Shown: positions 40,085-52,435, counted from the first letter of the stretch. The stretch is 64,000 nucleotides of DNA from an uncultured delta proteobacterium (GCA_963804165.1 CAWDPO010000043.1:320001-384000), one strand, 5' to 3'. Notes: generated by a model not told the origin, from the sequence alone. Numbers and translations: made by a program.

Positions 40085-40264
40085 AATCTGCTAGGGCTTG
40101 AGTATTTATTAGTAATTGGAGTCAGATGGGCCACCGTAATATAGAAAATCTATATCTTCAGTTTTTGCACGAACCAAACAGCCCCAAGGGTGAGGACCAA
40201 CACGTTTCCGTTTCGGACAGATGAAGGCGGATAGTTCTGGCAAAGTTGTGACAAAGTAAGTCGA

Positions 40265-40645
40265 TTACCCATCAACTTTAGCGATTAATCGTTCTACTTC
40301 CCCGAGAAATTCTTTCAGGTTGAGCGGCTTGGTCTGATAACCGTCGAATCCTTCCGCCAACATCGTTTGTCTGTTGTGTGTCATCGCCGATGCCGTGATG
40401 GCGACAATCGGTATGCGGTTAGTTTTCGGCGCAGCCTTGAGCTGCTTCATCGCCGTGATGCCGTCCATACCAAGGAGCTGGATGTCCATCAGGATCAGAG
40501 CGGGAGTTTTTTCCTCTGCGAGCTTTAGGCCGTCCTCGGCGGTCTCGGTGTCGATAGTTTGATAGCCCTTGACCTGAAGTAAGTCACGAATGAGCTTACG
40601 ATTTTTCTCATTGTCCTCAATGATCAGTATTAGTTCGTTGGCCAT
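40265..40645 (-). CDS. single-domain response regulator (DivK/CheY-like)
   Basis: ILIIEDN, LILMDIQL, AITASA, GFDGYQTKP. Confidence 0.93.
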   Translation of the reverse strand: MANELILIIEDNEKNRKLIRDLLQVKGYQTIDTETAEDGLKLAEEKTPALILMDIQLLGMDGITAMKQLKAAPKTNRIPIVAITASAMTHNRQTMLAEGFDGYQTKPLNLKEFLGEVERLIAKVDG

Positions 40646-43600
40646 CAAATTTCTCTTGGTTGAGCGGCAGAGTAAAAGTGAATGTACTGCCCTTGCCGAC
40701 TGCGCTTTCCACCCAAATCTTCCCGCCATGCAGTTCGACAAACTTCCGAGTGAGGGTTAATCCGAGTCCCGTCCCTTCGCGTTTTTTGGAATAATCGGTG
40801 CCCACCTGACGAAACTCTTCAAAGATCGTCTCTTGGTTTTCCGGGGCGATGCCGCTCCCCGTGTCGCTCACGGAGATCTCTACCGCTCCGTTGGTGAGCG
40901 CGGCATCGACGTCGATACGTCCACCTTCCTCAGTAAACTTGACTGCATTCGATAAGAGATTCAAAAGAATTTGCTTGAACTTTCTCTCGTCACCGATGAC
41001 CTCGCCCAACCGCTCGTCTACGGTATGCCGTAGCATGACACCGTGCCGTGTCGCCCGTTCTCGTATGAGAATCAGCGCGTTGTCGATCGCAGTTGGTATG
41101 TCAAACTTCGTCAGATCCAATTCCATCCGCCCCGCCTCGACTTTGGACAGATCCAGAATATCGTTGATCAGCGAAAGAAGATGGCGCCCTGAGGAGACGA
41201 TATCGTCCATATACTCGTTCTGCTTGTCGTTCAGTTCGCCGAACAGCTTCTCCGAGAGCACTTCCGAGAATCCGATGATAGCGGTCAATGGCGTGCGCAG
41301 CTCGTGGGACATGTTGGCAAGAAATTCTGATTTATGCCGGTTAGCCGTCTCAATCTCACGGCTTTTGTCCTCGATCTCACGAAACAACCGGGCATTTTGG
41401 ATCGCGAGGGCGGACTGAGTCGCAAACGTCTGAAGCAGATTCACAATTTCCGGTTCGAAGTTTCCAGCCTGCTTCCGCCAAACGGTTAGACCTCCCATGA
41501 TTTGCTGTTCGCGGAAAAGCGGGATCGACAGAAGAGATCGATATCCCAGCCGCGTAAGCATCGGCCGCACTCTCGTCCCGGTGTATTCACGCTGATCTAA
41601 GATATCCGGGACCTGGACTGGCGCGCGTGTCGTTACCGCTTGTCCTGTAACACCTTCACCCAAGCGTATCGGCGCTGCCCGAAGCGCATCGACCACTTCT
41701 TCTTCCATCCGGTGGCTCGCTCTCAGATGAAACTCTTGAGTTGATTCATCGTATTCGTAAATGACGCCGCAATCGGTTCCGGAAAGTTGGACGGCGTGAG
41801 CAACAATAGTGGCGAGAACCGTTTCGAGATCCAGAGTGGAGCTGACCGCTTGACCGACTTCGCCTAAGGCTTTGAATTCCCCAACGGATCGAGCCAACTC
41901 GCTTGTCCGCTCTTCGAGTTCTTGAAACAGCCGACGTTCTCGATGGCGATCACCGCTTGGTCGGCGAAGGTTTCGAGCAGCTTGATCTGCGCCGCGGTGA
42001 AGGGGCGTACCTCGGTGCGACGTGCGATCAGTAGCCCCAATGAGTTCCCCTTGCTGGCGAAGGGGAACGCCTAAAAGGTGCGCCAGTTCGCTGACGGAAC
42101 CCAACTATTGGGATAATCGTTCTGCTGCGCGGCAGGTCGGGAATGTGCAGCGTCCCATGCTCGCGCATCCAGCGGATGACTGTCGGCTCATCGATACTGA
42201 TCTCGACCCGCCCAGCTGGGTATGGATATCGGACCAAAATGAGCCCGCGAAACCAGTAGCGTTTCCCTCGCGGAGCCGCAGTCACCACGTCATCAATCCC
42301 ACAAACCCGGGCGGCGCTCTCGACGATGGCGTCGAGCACCGGCTGCACGTCCGTGGGCGAGCGGCTGATGATGCCGAGCACCTCGGCTGGTTGCGGTCTG
42401 ATGCTCCAGCGCTTCGCGCAACTCGCGTTGCGCTCTTGCAGTTCCTTGAAACAGCCGCACGTTCTCGATGGCGATCACGGCTTGAGTCGGCAAAGGTTTC
42501 AAGAAGCTTGATCTGCTCGTCTGTGAAAGGACGAACTTCCAGCCGGCGGATCGTTGATCACTCCGATAGGCACTCCCTCGCGCAAGAGCGGTGCGGCCAA
42601 TATCGTTCGAATGCCTGGCGCTCCGTGAAGCTCACACGCTCAGGAAAATCTTTTGCGACCACTGCGGCTAGATCCTCAATGTGAATCATCCGTCGCTCGA
42701 GCAACCGCAGCGACCAATGACTGACTGCCATCGATGCTGAAATCAACGCAGCTTCCACGGCTGATGGCAGCCGTAATGCGCCGCGTGTCTGAAAGCATCA
42801 TCTCCTTCGACGTAGTCGAATCGTTGCGTCCTCCGCGTCACACACCCGCGCGGCGTTTTCCGCGACCACATCCAGCACCGGATGGATATCCGTCGGCGAG
42901 CTGGCGATGACACCCAGGATCTCAGCTCGTCGCCGTCTTGCTGCTCCAACGATTCCTTGAGTTCTTTGAACAGACCGCACGTTCTCGATGGCGATCACCG
43001 CCTGGTCGGCGAAGGTTTCGAGAAGTTTGATCTGCGCCGGAGTGAAGGGGCGCACCTCGATGCGTCGCGCTTCCAGATTCGTCCAATGAATTCCTCTTGC
43101 TGAACGAAGCGGAGTGGACAAGTAACGTGCGAAACCCGCTGACCAGCACCCAATCTCGGGAAATCGTTCTGCGCAGCACGGACATCGGTGAACGTGGAGC
43201 GTGCCATGCTCGCGTATCCAGCGAAACCATGGCCCATCAATACTGATCGTCGACCCGCCCAGCAGGTATGGATATCGGACCAAAATGAGCCCGGGCGACC
43301 ATACTTTCTCCCTCCCGGAGTCGCAGCATTACATCATCAATTCCGCAAACCCGTGCTGCACTCTCGACGATGGCGTCGAGGACCGGCTGCACGTCGGTCG
43401 GCGAGCGGCTGATGATCCCGAGCACCTCGGACGTCGCGGTCTGATGCTCCAGGGCTTCGCGCAATTCCGCATTGCGCTCGCCGAGCTCTTTGAACAACCG
43501 CACGTTCTCGATGGCGATCACGGCTTGATCCGCGAAGGTCTTCGAGCAGGGCGACCTGCTTGTCGTGCAAACGGTCGTACCTCTGTCCGGCGGATCATGA

Positions 43601-45686
43601 TGGCGCCGACGGGGAATCCCTCTCGCAATAGCGGAACCGCCAGCAACGTCCGAATACGCCAGCCGCTCGTCGGTGCGCCTGACCTCGGCGTAGTCCTCGT
43701 CTAGCACGGCCAGGCTGTCGTGGATGTGGACGGGCTCGCGCTGGAGAATGGCTCGGCCAATCAGCCAGCTGCGATCGATCGGGCGAGTCTCGCCGACCGC
43801 AAGTATTGGGGAGACCACCCCATAGCTTGCTACCTTCCGCAGGTTGTCGCCCTCAACCCGATAAATCTGCGCGTCACTCGAATCACATAATCGGGCCGCA
43901 TTTTCGGCCACAGTGTCGAGTACCGGCTGGATATCGGTCGGCGAGCTAGCGATGACGCCCAGGATCTCACTGGTCGCAGTCTGTTGCTCCAACGCCTCCT
44001 GTGGAGTTCTTGGAACAACCGCACGTTCTCGATGGCGATCACGGATTGGGAAGCGAACGTTTCGAGAAGCTTGATCTGCTTCTCTGTGAACGGGCGAACC
44101 TCTTTACGGCGGATATGAATCGTCCCGATAGGAATTCCCTCGCGCATCAACGGCGTGGAAAGCATTGTCCTGACACCGAGACTTCTAGCGTACGTTGCTG
44201 GAAAGTCATTCTCTGCCAATGCTGCCAAGTCATGAATATGAAGAGTTCGCAGATCTATCACGGTTCGGCCGGGTACGGAGTCGCGATCCATTGGCACGAG
44301 CCGACCCTCACCCCGCCGTGTCGGCAGCGACCCGTAGTTGGCCACCGATAGAAGCTTGTCGCCATCAATGCGATGAATCACGGCGTCGGTTGCGTCGCAC
44401 AGTCGCGCTGCATTCTCCGCCACTATATCCAGCACTGGCTGTACGTCGGTCGGTGAGCTGGCGATCACGCCCAAGATTTCACTGGTAGCCGTCTGCTGTT
44501 CCAACGCCTCTTTAAGTTCTTGGAACAGCCGAACGTTTTCGATAGCAATCACCGCCTGATCAGCGAAAGTCTCCAGCAACTTGATCTGCACGGGGGTGAA
44601 GGGGCGCACCTCAATGCGACGCGCGTTCATCGTTCCAATGAGTTCTCCATGTTGGCGAAGTGGGACGATCAGGAAAGTACGTGACCGAGCGCCGGCTGAG
44701 GAACCCAGTGTGGGAAAGTCGGTTTGCTGCGCGCGGATATCGGGTATATGGAGCGTGCCATGCTCGCGAATCCAGCCAAAATGCACCTCATCAAGACTGA
44801 TTTTCAGCCGGCCAGGGGCTATTGCCACAGGACCAAAATGAGCCCGTGCAACCATCGCGTTCATTTCAATCAGTCGGAGGACCACGTCATCAACCCCACA
44901 AACCCGCGCAGCACTCTCGACGATTGCGTTCAGCACCGGTTGCACATCCGTCGGCGAGCGGCTGATGATACGGAGCACCTCGGACGTCGCAGTCTGATGC
45001 TCCAGAGCCTCGCGAAGTTCCGAATTAGATGATTCCAGCTCAGTGGTCTTTTGTGTGAGTTCTTGAAATAGCCGAGAATTCTCGATCGCGATCACCGCCT
45101 GGTCAGCAAAGATTTCCAATAGTTTGATTTGTCGTTCTGAGAAAGGACGAACTTCCGGACGGCGGATGAGGATCGCTCCGATGGGAACACCCTGTCTAAG
45201 CAACGGTGTTGCGAGTGCAGTCCTATTGCCGTGGCGCTGAGCAAGTTCCCGTGCCCGTGGATACTCTGATACTGGGGTATTGAAGATGTCATGAATATGG
45301 ATCGTTTGTCTGTCCAGCATCGATCGTCCCGCGAGTGTGCCCCGGTCAAGCGGGACATGCTCCTGGCGGGGATTGACAGAAACGGGACCGTAGGATGCGA
45401 TAACCCCCTGCCCGTCGTCATGAAGACGGAGTATTTGCGCGTCGATAGAATCGCACAACCGCGCTGCACGCTCGGCAATCGCGTCGAGTAAAGACTGAAG
45501 ATCCGCTGGTGCCTTGGCAATCATCCGCAGGATGTCGCTGGTGGCTGTCTCCCGTTCGAGTAACTCGTCGCGCTCGCGCCGCAATGACTGAATATTTTCC
45601 GCTTGTTTCGGCTGAGACTTTTTCACCACAGACCGGCGCGGTTTTGCCTTTTTACTTTTAGAGCCCTTTTGGGTCGTGGTTGCCAT
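40617..45686 (-). CDS. cytoplasmic sensor histidine kinase with about 8 GAF domains (frameshifts 41.9-44.0 kb)
   Basis: Repeated [19 protein letters not shown]; [14 protein letters not shown]-box, [16 protein letters not shown]. Confidence 0.92.
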
Positions 45687-45826
45687 AAACGAAGACCGAA
45701 ACGGAGATGCTGGTCGGGGAGAATCTGGAAAAATGTCAGGATTACGCTGCAGCAACACGCTCCCCCAGCGCCTGAAGCTGACTTTTACTTCAGGTGGCTG
45801 GTGGCGTCAACGAAGAAGGTCAAGTT

Positions 45827-45853
45827 TGCGGCTTGGTAGGAGAAGATTCAATC
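45827..45853. repeat. degenerate dif-like site B
   Basis: TGCGGCTTGGTA-GGAGAA-gaTTCAATC (right arm 3 nt short). Confidence 0.45.
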
Positions 45854-45892
45854 CGAAATCCGTCGCTGACGCAAAGACACAAAAATCGCCAG

Positions 45893-45922
45893 GATTGAAC
45901 TGAACGACGCCTCTGGGCAACG
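45893..45922. repeat. dif-like site A at the right boundary of the island
   Basis: GATTGAACTGAA-CGACGC-CTCTGGGCAACG. Confidence 0.85.
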
Positions 45923-46064
45923 CCACTGAGCTCGATTAAATGCAAGCGCGACTGTCAGCGCGCATCTAGGAAGCGTTGCTGACGTAACCGAAAACATCTC
46001 GAACCTAGAAAACGCCCGGCTCTGCTATCAAGTTGACATCATTGACACCGTCAGATAGTCAACG

Positions 46065-47468
46065 ATGGCAAAGCTGAAGGAGCCGGTCGTAACGATGCCC
46101 AAAGACCTCCGCAGTTTCATCGCCCAACTCGAATCCAAATATCCCGAAGAAGTCGCCCGGGTGAGGAAACCGATCTCGCCCCGTTACGAGATCACGGCTT
46201 TGCTAACTCAGTTGGAAAAAGCAAGCGTTTTCCGCTGCTGTTCTGTGAGAACGTCGAAGGCAGCGATGCGCCGGTCGTCATCAATGTGCAAGCGAGCCGA
46301 AAGCTCATGGCGTTGGCACTGGAGTGTAAGCCTGAAGAATTCGCCGCCAAGTTCGCCGAACGCCAGAGTAAACCGATCGCGCCGGTGGAAGTGACCGATG
46401 GGCCGGTCCAGGAAATCGTCAATCTCGGCGATGATGTGGATCTGACAAAAGTGCCGCTGCTCACGCACTACGACGTCAACGCCGCGCCCTTATATCACGG
46501 CGGGCATCGTCGTCGCTGCCGATCCCGACAGCGGCGTCAGAAACACCAGCTATAACCGACTGATGATGGCGCGCAAACGCGAGCTGCGCATTTTCATGGC
46601 CATCGGCCGCCATCTCTGGACGCTGCACAACAAAATGGAGCGGCGCAGCGAGCCGCTCCCCATCGCTATCGTCGTCGGCGTGCATCCATTGTTCTCACTC
46701 GGCGCCCAAGCGTTTACGCCGTCGACGGACGACGAGTACGCCGTCATCGGCGGCATGATGGGCGAAGCCTTGCGCGTGGTGCAAGCGAAGACAGTACCGA
46801 TTTTGGTTCCTGCCGACGCGGAGATGATGATCGAAGGCAAGATCCTGCCCAACGTCCGGCGCGAGGAGGGACCGTTCGGCGAATTCACCGGCCACGCGGT
46901 AGCCAAAGACGATCGCCAGGTCATCGAAGTCACCGCGATCACGCACCGGAAAAACTATATTTTCCAAGACGTCCACGCGGGCTACACCGAGCATAAGCTG
47001 ATGGGCGCAGTGCCGCGCGAAGCCGCGCTGATCAAAGCCGTGCGCCAAACCGTGCCGACGGTGAAAAATGTCTGCATGCCGGTGTCGGGCAACTGCCGCT
47101 TTCATGCCTATATTTCGATTGCCAAGCGCACGCCGGGTCAGGCCAAGAACGCCATCTGCGCCGCCTTCGCCTCCGACATGCTGCTGAAGCACGTGATCAT
47201 CGTCGACGACGACATCGACGTCTTCGATGAAGAACAGGTGCTCTGGGCGGTATCGAACCGCTTTCAAGCCGATCAAGGCTTGGTCGTAATTGCCAATGCG
47301 CAAGGAAGCGAGCTGGATCCCTCCGCCGGCCCCGGCGGCGTCAACGCCAAGATGGGCCTGGATGCGACCAAACCGCTCACAGGTTTTGCTCCTGAGCTGA
47401 GAGTGCCCGAAGAAGTAATGAGGAAGATTCGACTCGAAGATTTCTTACCGAAATTCGCTAAAAAGTAG
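46065..47468 (+). CDS. UbiD-family decarboxylase (frameshifted)
   Basis: KDLRSFI, VDLTKVP, EEGPFGEFTG, VDDDIDVFD, GLDATKP. Confidence 0.92.
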
Positions 47469-47520
47469 GGGCGACCGGCGGTCGCCCGCAAGTTCAACTG
47501 CCGCGACAGAGCGCAGCAAA

Positions 47521-48496
47521 TTATTCCAACGAAAAGTTTGTGCCGACTTTTCGCTCCAACGCCCAGCGATAAGCCCAAGCGGTTGCTGTCGTGTCCCAGA
47601 TCGACATACCGACGGACTCGAAGACGATCGTCTGGTCAGCTTCGTTCGCGCGGGAATTTTCCCCAGACATCACGTCGCCCAGTTCGCCCGCGATTTGCGC
47701 GGCCGACCAAGTGCCATCAGCGATCATCGCCACGTAGGGCTGGCGCGGCGCTTCGCCGCCGAGCACTTCTTCTTTCCAAGACACAATCACGCGCGAGTTC
47801 GCGACCGTCTCGCGCGGCAGCTGCCCACTGGTGATCGAAACGACCAGCGCGCCCGGCGCGATCCATGCCGGCTCGATCACTGTCGAACGCGAACTGGTCG
47901 CCAGGCTGACGATCGGAGCGTTTTCCACGGCCGCCGTGGATCCGTCGACGGCTTCGACATCGATGCTCGAGCCAATCGCTCATCTCCTTGGCGAAACACT
48001 CGCGATGTTCTTCCGTCGGGCTGAAAACTTTTACCTTCTTCAACGAACTGGCAGCGCCCGGCGGATGGCGAGAATCTGGCCGCGCGCTTGGCGGCCGCTG
48101 CCGATCAGTCCGAGCGTATCCGCTCCTTTAGGCGCGAGGTATTTGCTCGCCACGCCGGCCGGCGCGCCGGTGCGCCAGACATTCAGCGCAGCGCCGGCGA
48201 CCAGCGCCAGCAAATCGCCGCGCTCGCCGTCGAAAGAGAAGATAAAATAGGCGTCCTTGGCGCCGCGAAACAGCGCGCTGATGCGCATGCCCTGCCCTGC
48301 CCGCGGCACGGCGGAAGTCGTGATGCGATATTTTTTCTGACGATCGATCAGACTGGTTTCCAGGCGCACCTGGCCGGCGACCGCGTCGCTGTTAAACGCG
48401 CGCATCGAGTCTTCGATGCGGTCGAGTAGACCGTCCATTGCCACCGGGTCGCTGTACAGCGGCGCTAGGTCTTTTTCGCTGAGCAATGAGCGGCAT
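47521..48496 (-). CDS. ornithine cyclodeaminase / mu-crystallin family protein (frameshifted)
   Basis: WRTGAPAGVA, GLIGSGRQA, FESVGMSIWD. Confidence 0.85.
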
Positions 48497-48814
48497 AGAT
48501 TCTCTTGCGCTTAGTAGTCGATTTCATAGACCGCATGAATTTTACCGATTCGTCCATATTTGAGCAACGTGCGCCTTAATACGATTTACCGGAGTCTACT
48601 TCACTGTTGACACTCGTCTGGCTTACTGACGCAACCCGTCCGACGCCGCACGACAGGGCAAATCGCTATGCTTGACTTCCGTTGTGTGAGCTTGTCGAAG
48701 CATATGCATCGAAGCAGTTATCGCCCTTTTTCATTTCGGATTGCGCATGGGGGTCGACATAATGTAACATCATTGAATCTTTTTCTAGATTATTATTTTA
48801 TTTAGAAGTTCCAG

Positions 48815-49832
48815 ATGGGCATCCAGTCTAGTAGAGAAACCAAGGCCCAGCTGCTGCGCGGCGTCGGTCCAGGACAATATCGACGTCGTCCAGAGGCGTG
48901 CAGCGTCAAACGGGCCAACGTGCAGGCACGCCGGTTACAGCTTCTGGCTATCCGGCGGCGCTGGTCGCCGCGGCGATCGCGTTTATCTGACGGTCCCGTC
49001 GAATCTCGTTACAGAGGCACGCGCCACTTCAGAGCGCAGCGCCGATCAGCCGGCACGCCGGCGATGAATATCGACGCAGACTCCGGAATCGGCCGCGCCC
49101 CTGTCCCATCCCCGTCCGATCGACCGCGGAGCCATGCCGCTGTCGATCAAGAGAATCGTCATCGACCCGGGCCATGGCGGCGAGCCCGGCGCGACTTCGC
49201 GAATCCGGGTCACGGAAAAAGAGATCACCTTGGATGTGGCGCTGCGCCTGCGCCGGCTCTTGGAGAATGAGCCCTTGATGTCCTGCTGACGCGCGAAACC
49301 GACCAGCGCGTCTCCCTCGACAAACGAGTGGCTTTCGCCAACGAAAACAAAGCCGATCTGTTCCTTTCGATCCACGTAAACTGGATGGAGCCGCACACTA
49401 TCCGCGCCTTGGAAACCTATTACGTCGGCCCCACCGACGACCCGGCCACGCTCAAGCTGGCCAGCAGGGAAAACAAGGACTCGGGCTATTCGCTGTCGGA
49501 CTACAAAAAAATCCTCGAAAAAATTTACGTCGACGCCCGGCACGACGAATCGCGCGCCTTCGCCAAACCATCCAAACCCAACTCTTTCATTCACTGAAAC
49601 CGAGCCAATCCCTGAACTGGAGAATCGCGGCGTCAAGACCGCGCCTTTCGTCGTGCTGATCGGCACGCAGATGCCGGCCATCTTGGTTGAGATCGCCAGC
49701 TCTGTCCAACGACGAAGAGGTCAAGTTGTTGACAAAAGAGGATTATCGCGAAAATATCGCCCTTGGCGCTGGCGCAAGGGATTCGACAGCTACGCCACGA
49801 GTTCAACATCACCCGACAGGAAAGGCAGTTAA
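48815..49832 (+). CDS. N-acetylmuramoyl-L-alanine amidase, Amidase_3 (frameshifted)
   Basis: RIVIDPGHGG, EKEITLDVA, ADLFLSIHVN, NRGVKTAPFVVLIGTQMPAILVE across frames. Confidence 0.88.
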
Positions 49833-49835
49833 TTC

Positions 49836-50870
49836 ATGGAAGAAAGCAATGAAGCACTCTGCGTGGGAATCGATCTTGGCACTTCGCGCAGCTCGATTTC
49901 GGCGTCCAACGGCGAGCGCCATGTGATCGACAGCTACGTCGGCTGGCCGCTCGATATGGTCGCGCGCAAACTGGTGAAAAAAGCCGATCTTGTCGGCCGG
50001 GAGGCCCTCGATAACCGCCCGATGCTCGACCTGCGCCGGCCGCTCGAACGAGGGCATCATGAAGGAAGGCTCGGAGAAAGATCAAGAGGCGGTGCAAGAA
50101 ATCCTCCGACATCTAATTTCCCTCGCCGGAATCAAGCAAAAAGGTAAAAACAAATCGAAAGTGCGCGCCGTGGTCGGCGTCCCCGCCGAGGCGTTCCGCG
50201 TGAGCCGGCAAAACTTGCGCAACACCATGGAAGGAATCGCCGACAGCGTCATGCTGGTCTCTGAGCCGTTCGCCGTGGCCTATGGCTTGGAGGCGTTGTT
50301 GCACGCCTTGGTCATCGACATCGGCGCCGGCACGGCCGATTTTTGCGTCATGCAAGGGCGTTATCCCACCGAAGACGATCAAAGAACTCTGCCCAACGCC
50401 GGCGATTCCATCGACGAGCAGTTGAACAAACTGGTCCGCGAACGCCACCCCGACGCGCAGTTTTCCATCCATATGATCCGCGAATGGAAGGAGAAATGGA
50501 GTTTTGTCGGTGAACCAAAAGATCGCGTCGTGGTCACCGTACCGATCAAAGGCAAGGCCAGTGAACTCGATATCACCCAGGAAATGCGCACGCGCCTGCG
50601 AAAGCATTCTGCCGCCCATCTGCGAGACCATGACGACTTGCTGACGAAAGTGGAGCCGGAATTTCAGGACAAAGTCCGCAATAACGTCGATCCTTGCCGG
50701 GCGGGACATCGCTGATCGTCGGGCTTACCGACGCGATCAACAAGGCTTTGAACGAGTTCGGCGGGGGGCGCGCCACGGTAGTCACAGATCCGGTTTTTGC
50801 CGGGTCCGACGGCAGCCTGGCCATCGCACGCGATGCCTCGAGCGCCGACTGGGAGAGGCTTTCGCTTTAG
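49836..50870 (+). CDS. MamK-like actin ATPase (frameshifted)
   Basis: GIDLGTS, VGWPLD, VVGVPA, VSEPFAVAYGL, IDIGAGTADFC, KEKWSFVG, EPEFQ, DPVFAGSDG, DW near the C-terminus. Confidence 0.88.
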
Positions 50871-51286
50871 ATGGAGCGACCGGCGGCGACGTTCCTAGCG
50901 CCGCCGCGATCAGCAATCGCCAATCGAACGGAGACGCAGATGGCGACTGGATTTCCGAGCTGCTGCTCTTTTCCGCCGGCATTACCGGCGGCATTTTATC
51001 GCATGCATCAAGCCCTATCTCCATGCCGCCAAAAAAACGCCGTACCGAGCTGGTAAGGGCGCGGGCGCGCATCTTCGCCGGTATGAAAGAGAAGCACGAC
51101 GAAGAAATTCTCGACGAAGCATTCCAAGCCACCGAAGCGATACGCGGCGAGCTCAACAAATCGCTGCAAACTTTACGAAAAACGTTAACCCCGTTCTGGT
51201 TCCCGCCGGCCGCTCAACGCCCCACCGAACAGACGCCGACTACCCCGCACGCCGACACGATCGATCGAAATCGCTACACATCGTAG
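50871..51286 (+). CDS. small hypothetical protein with a hydrophobic segment and charged helix (frameshifted)
   Basis: DWISELLLFSAGITGGIL followed by KKRRTELVRARARIFAGMKEKHDEEILDEAF; abuts the actin stop codon. Confidence 0.55.
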
Positions 51287-51401
51287 CCGCATCTAGCTTT
51301 TTTCCGGGTCGCTTAAAAATTTCTACCTTCGTCTTGCGCTTCGGGATTAATTTGACAAGTAACACTCTCAAGTGACAAATAGTCGTGCGGAGGTATCCGG
51401 G

Positions 51402-52385
51402 ATGAAACTAATAAAGGGGGTATTGGCAGTTGCGTTGGCGCTGCTGCCGATCAAAGCTATGGCTGAAGACACCATCAATATCGGTCTGTTCAATCGCGAC
51501 GCGGCGATCATGCCGCCGAACGCAAAAACTTTCTCAAGCAGGAAAATATTCGCGTCGAGATCAACACGGTCACCGACTCGCCGACGCTGCTGCGCAATCT
51601 GATCAGCGGCAAGTACGGTCTCATCCTCAATAATGCGGACAACGTCATCGCTTGGGCCGAGGGCCAAGGCGAAGACCCGCAGAAAAACGACTTCGTGATT
51701 TTTCTCGGCGGCAGCCAGGGCGTCGATCAGAAACTCGTTGTCGCCCCCGGGATCAATGACTTTCGCGACCTCAAAGGAAAGCTTTTGGCCGCCGACGCGG
51801 TCACCACGGGCTATGCGGTTGTCGCCATGGCCATCTTGAAAAAGCATGGCCTCGAGTGGAAGCGAGACTATGAGGTGAAGTCTTTCGGCAACACCGCCGC
51901 GCGCGCCGATGCCATGAGCCGAGGCGACGCCTCCGGCGCGATGATGAGCATGCCGGACGAAGAGATCCAAAAACGCGGATTCAAAGTGCTCGCCCAAGCG
52001 GAAGATTACGTCAAACACTACGCCCGCGGGCTCGGCGCCACGCGCAGGGTGTGGGCCAATGCTAACGAAGATCTGGTCGTGCGCTTTACTCGCGCGATGA
52101 TCCGCGCCACGGATTGGCTGCAGGATGCCAAAAACAAGGATGAAGTCGATCCAGCTGTTGCTCGGCGAAACCAAGAACAATAAGGCCCGCGCCGAAGCTA
52201 TGTACGCGGCGACGCTAAGTCCGGCCATGGGCCTGACACCGCGCAGCCGCATCGATATGGAAGGCATCCGCACGGTGCTCGAATTGCGCGAAGTCGCCGG
52301 GCTGATGAAGCCACCCGTGCCAAAGCCGGAAAAATACGTCGACGACAGATTCTACAAAAAGGCGTTGGCGACTTTGGACAAGTAA
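51402..52385 (+). CDS. NMT1/SsuA-type substrate-binding protein (frameshifted)
   Basis: Signal peptide; DLKGKLLAADAVTTGYA; KYVDDRFY. Confidence 0.82.
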
Positions 52386-52435
52386 GTTAGTTCCGTGGCT
52401 GGAAACCTCCGCGGAGATACCGCTCCGGGCCAGGG

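Larger units (their letters stand above)
32160..45922. mobile_element. Accessory island / candidate site-specific module array (left boundary approximate)
   Basis: Visibly lower GC than the flanks; unrelated cargo almost all on the minus strand; ten 12-6-12 sites seen only in this interval. Confidence 0.7.

Noticed and set aside
34484-45922. CRISPR interpretation of the recurring GATTGAAC repeat
   Set aside because: ATTGAAC resembles some CRISPR repeat ends, but the copies are separated by whole genes (0.7-5.8 kb), occur in both orientations, and no cas genes are present.
49836-50870. Magnetosome island
   Set aside because: Only the MamK-like gene is present; no other mam, mms or mad genes are in the window.
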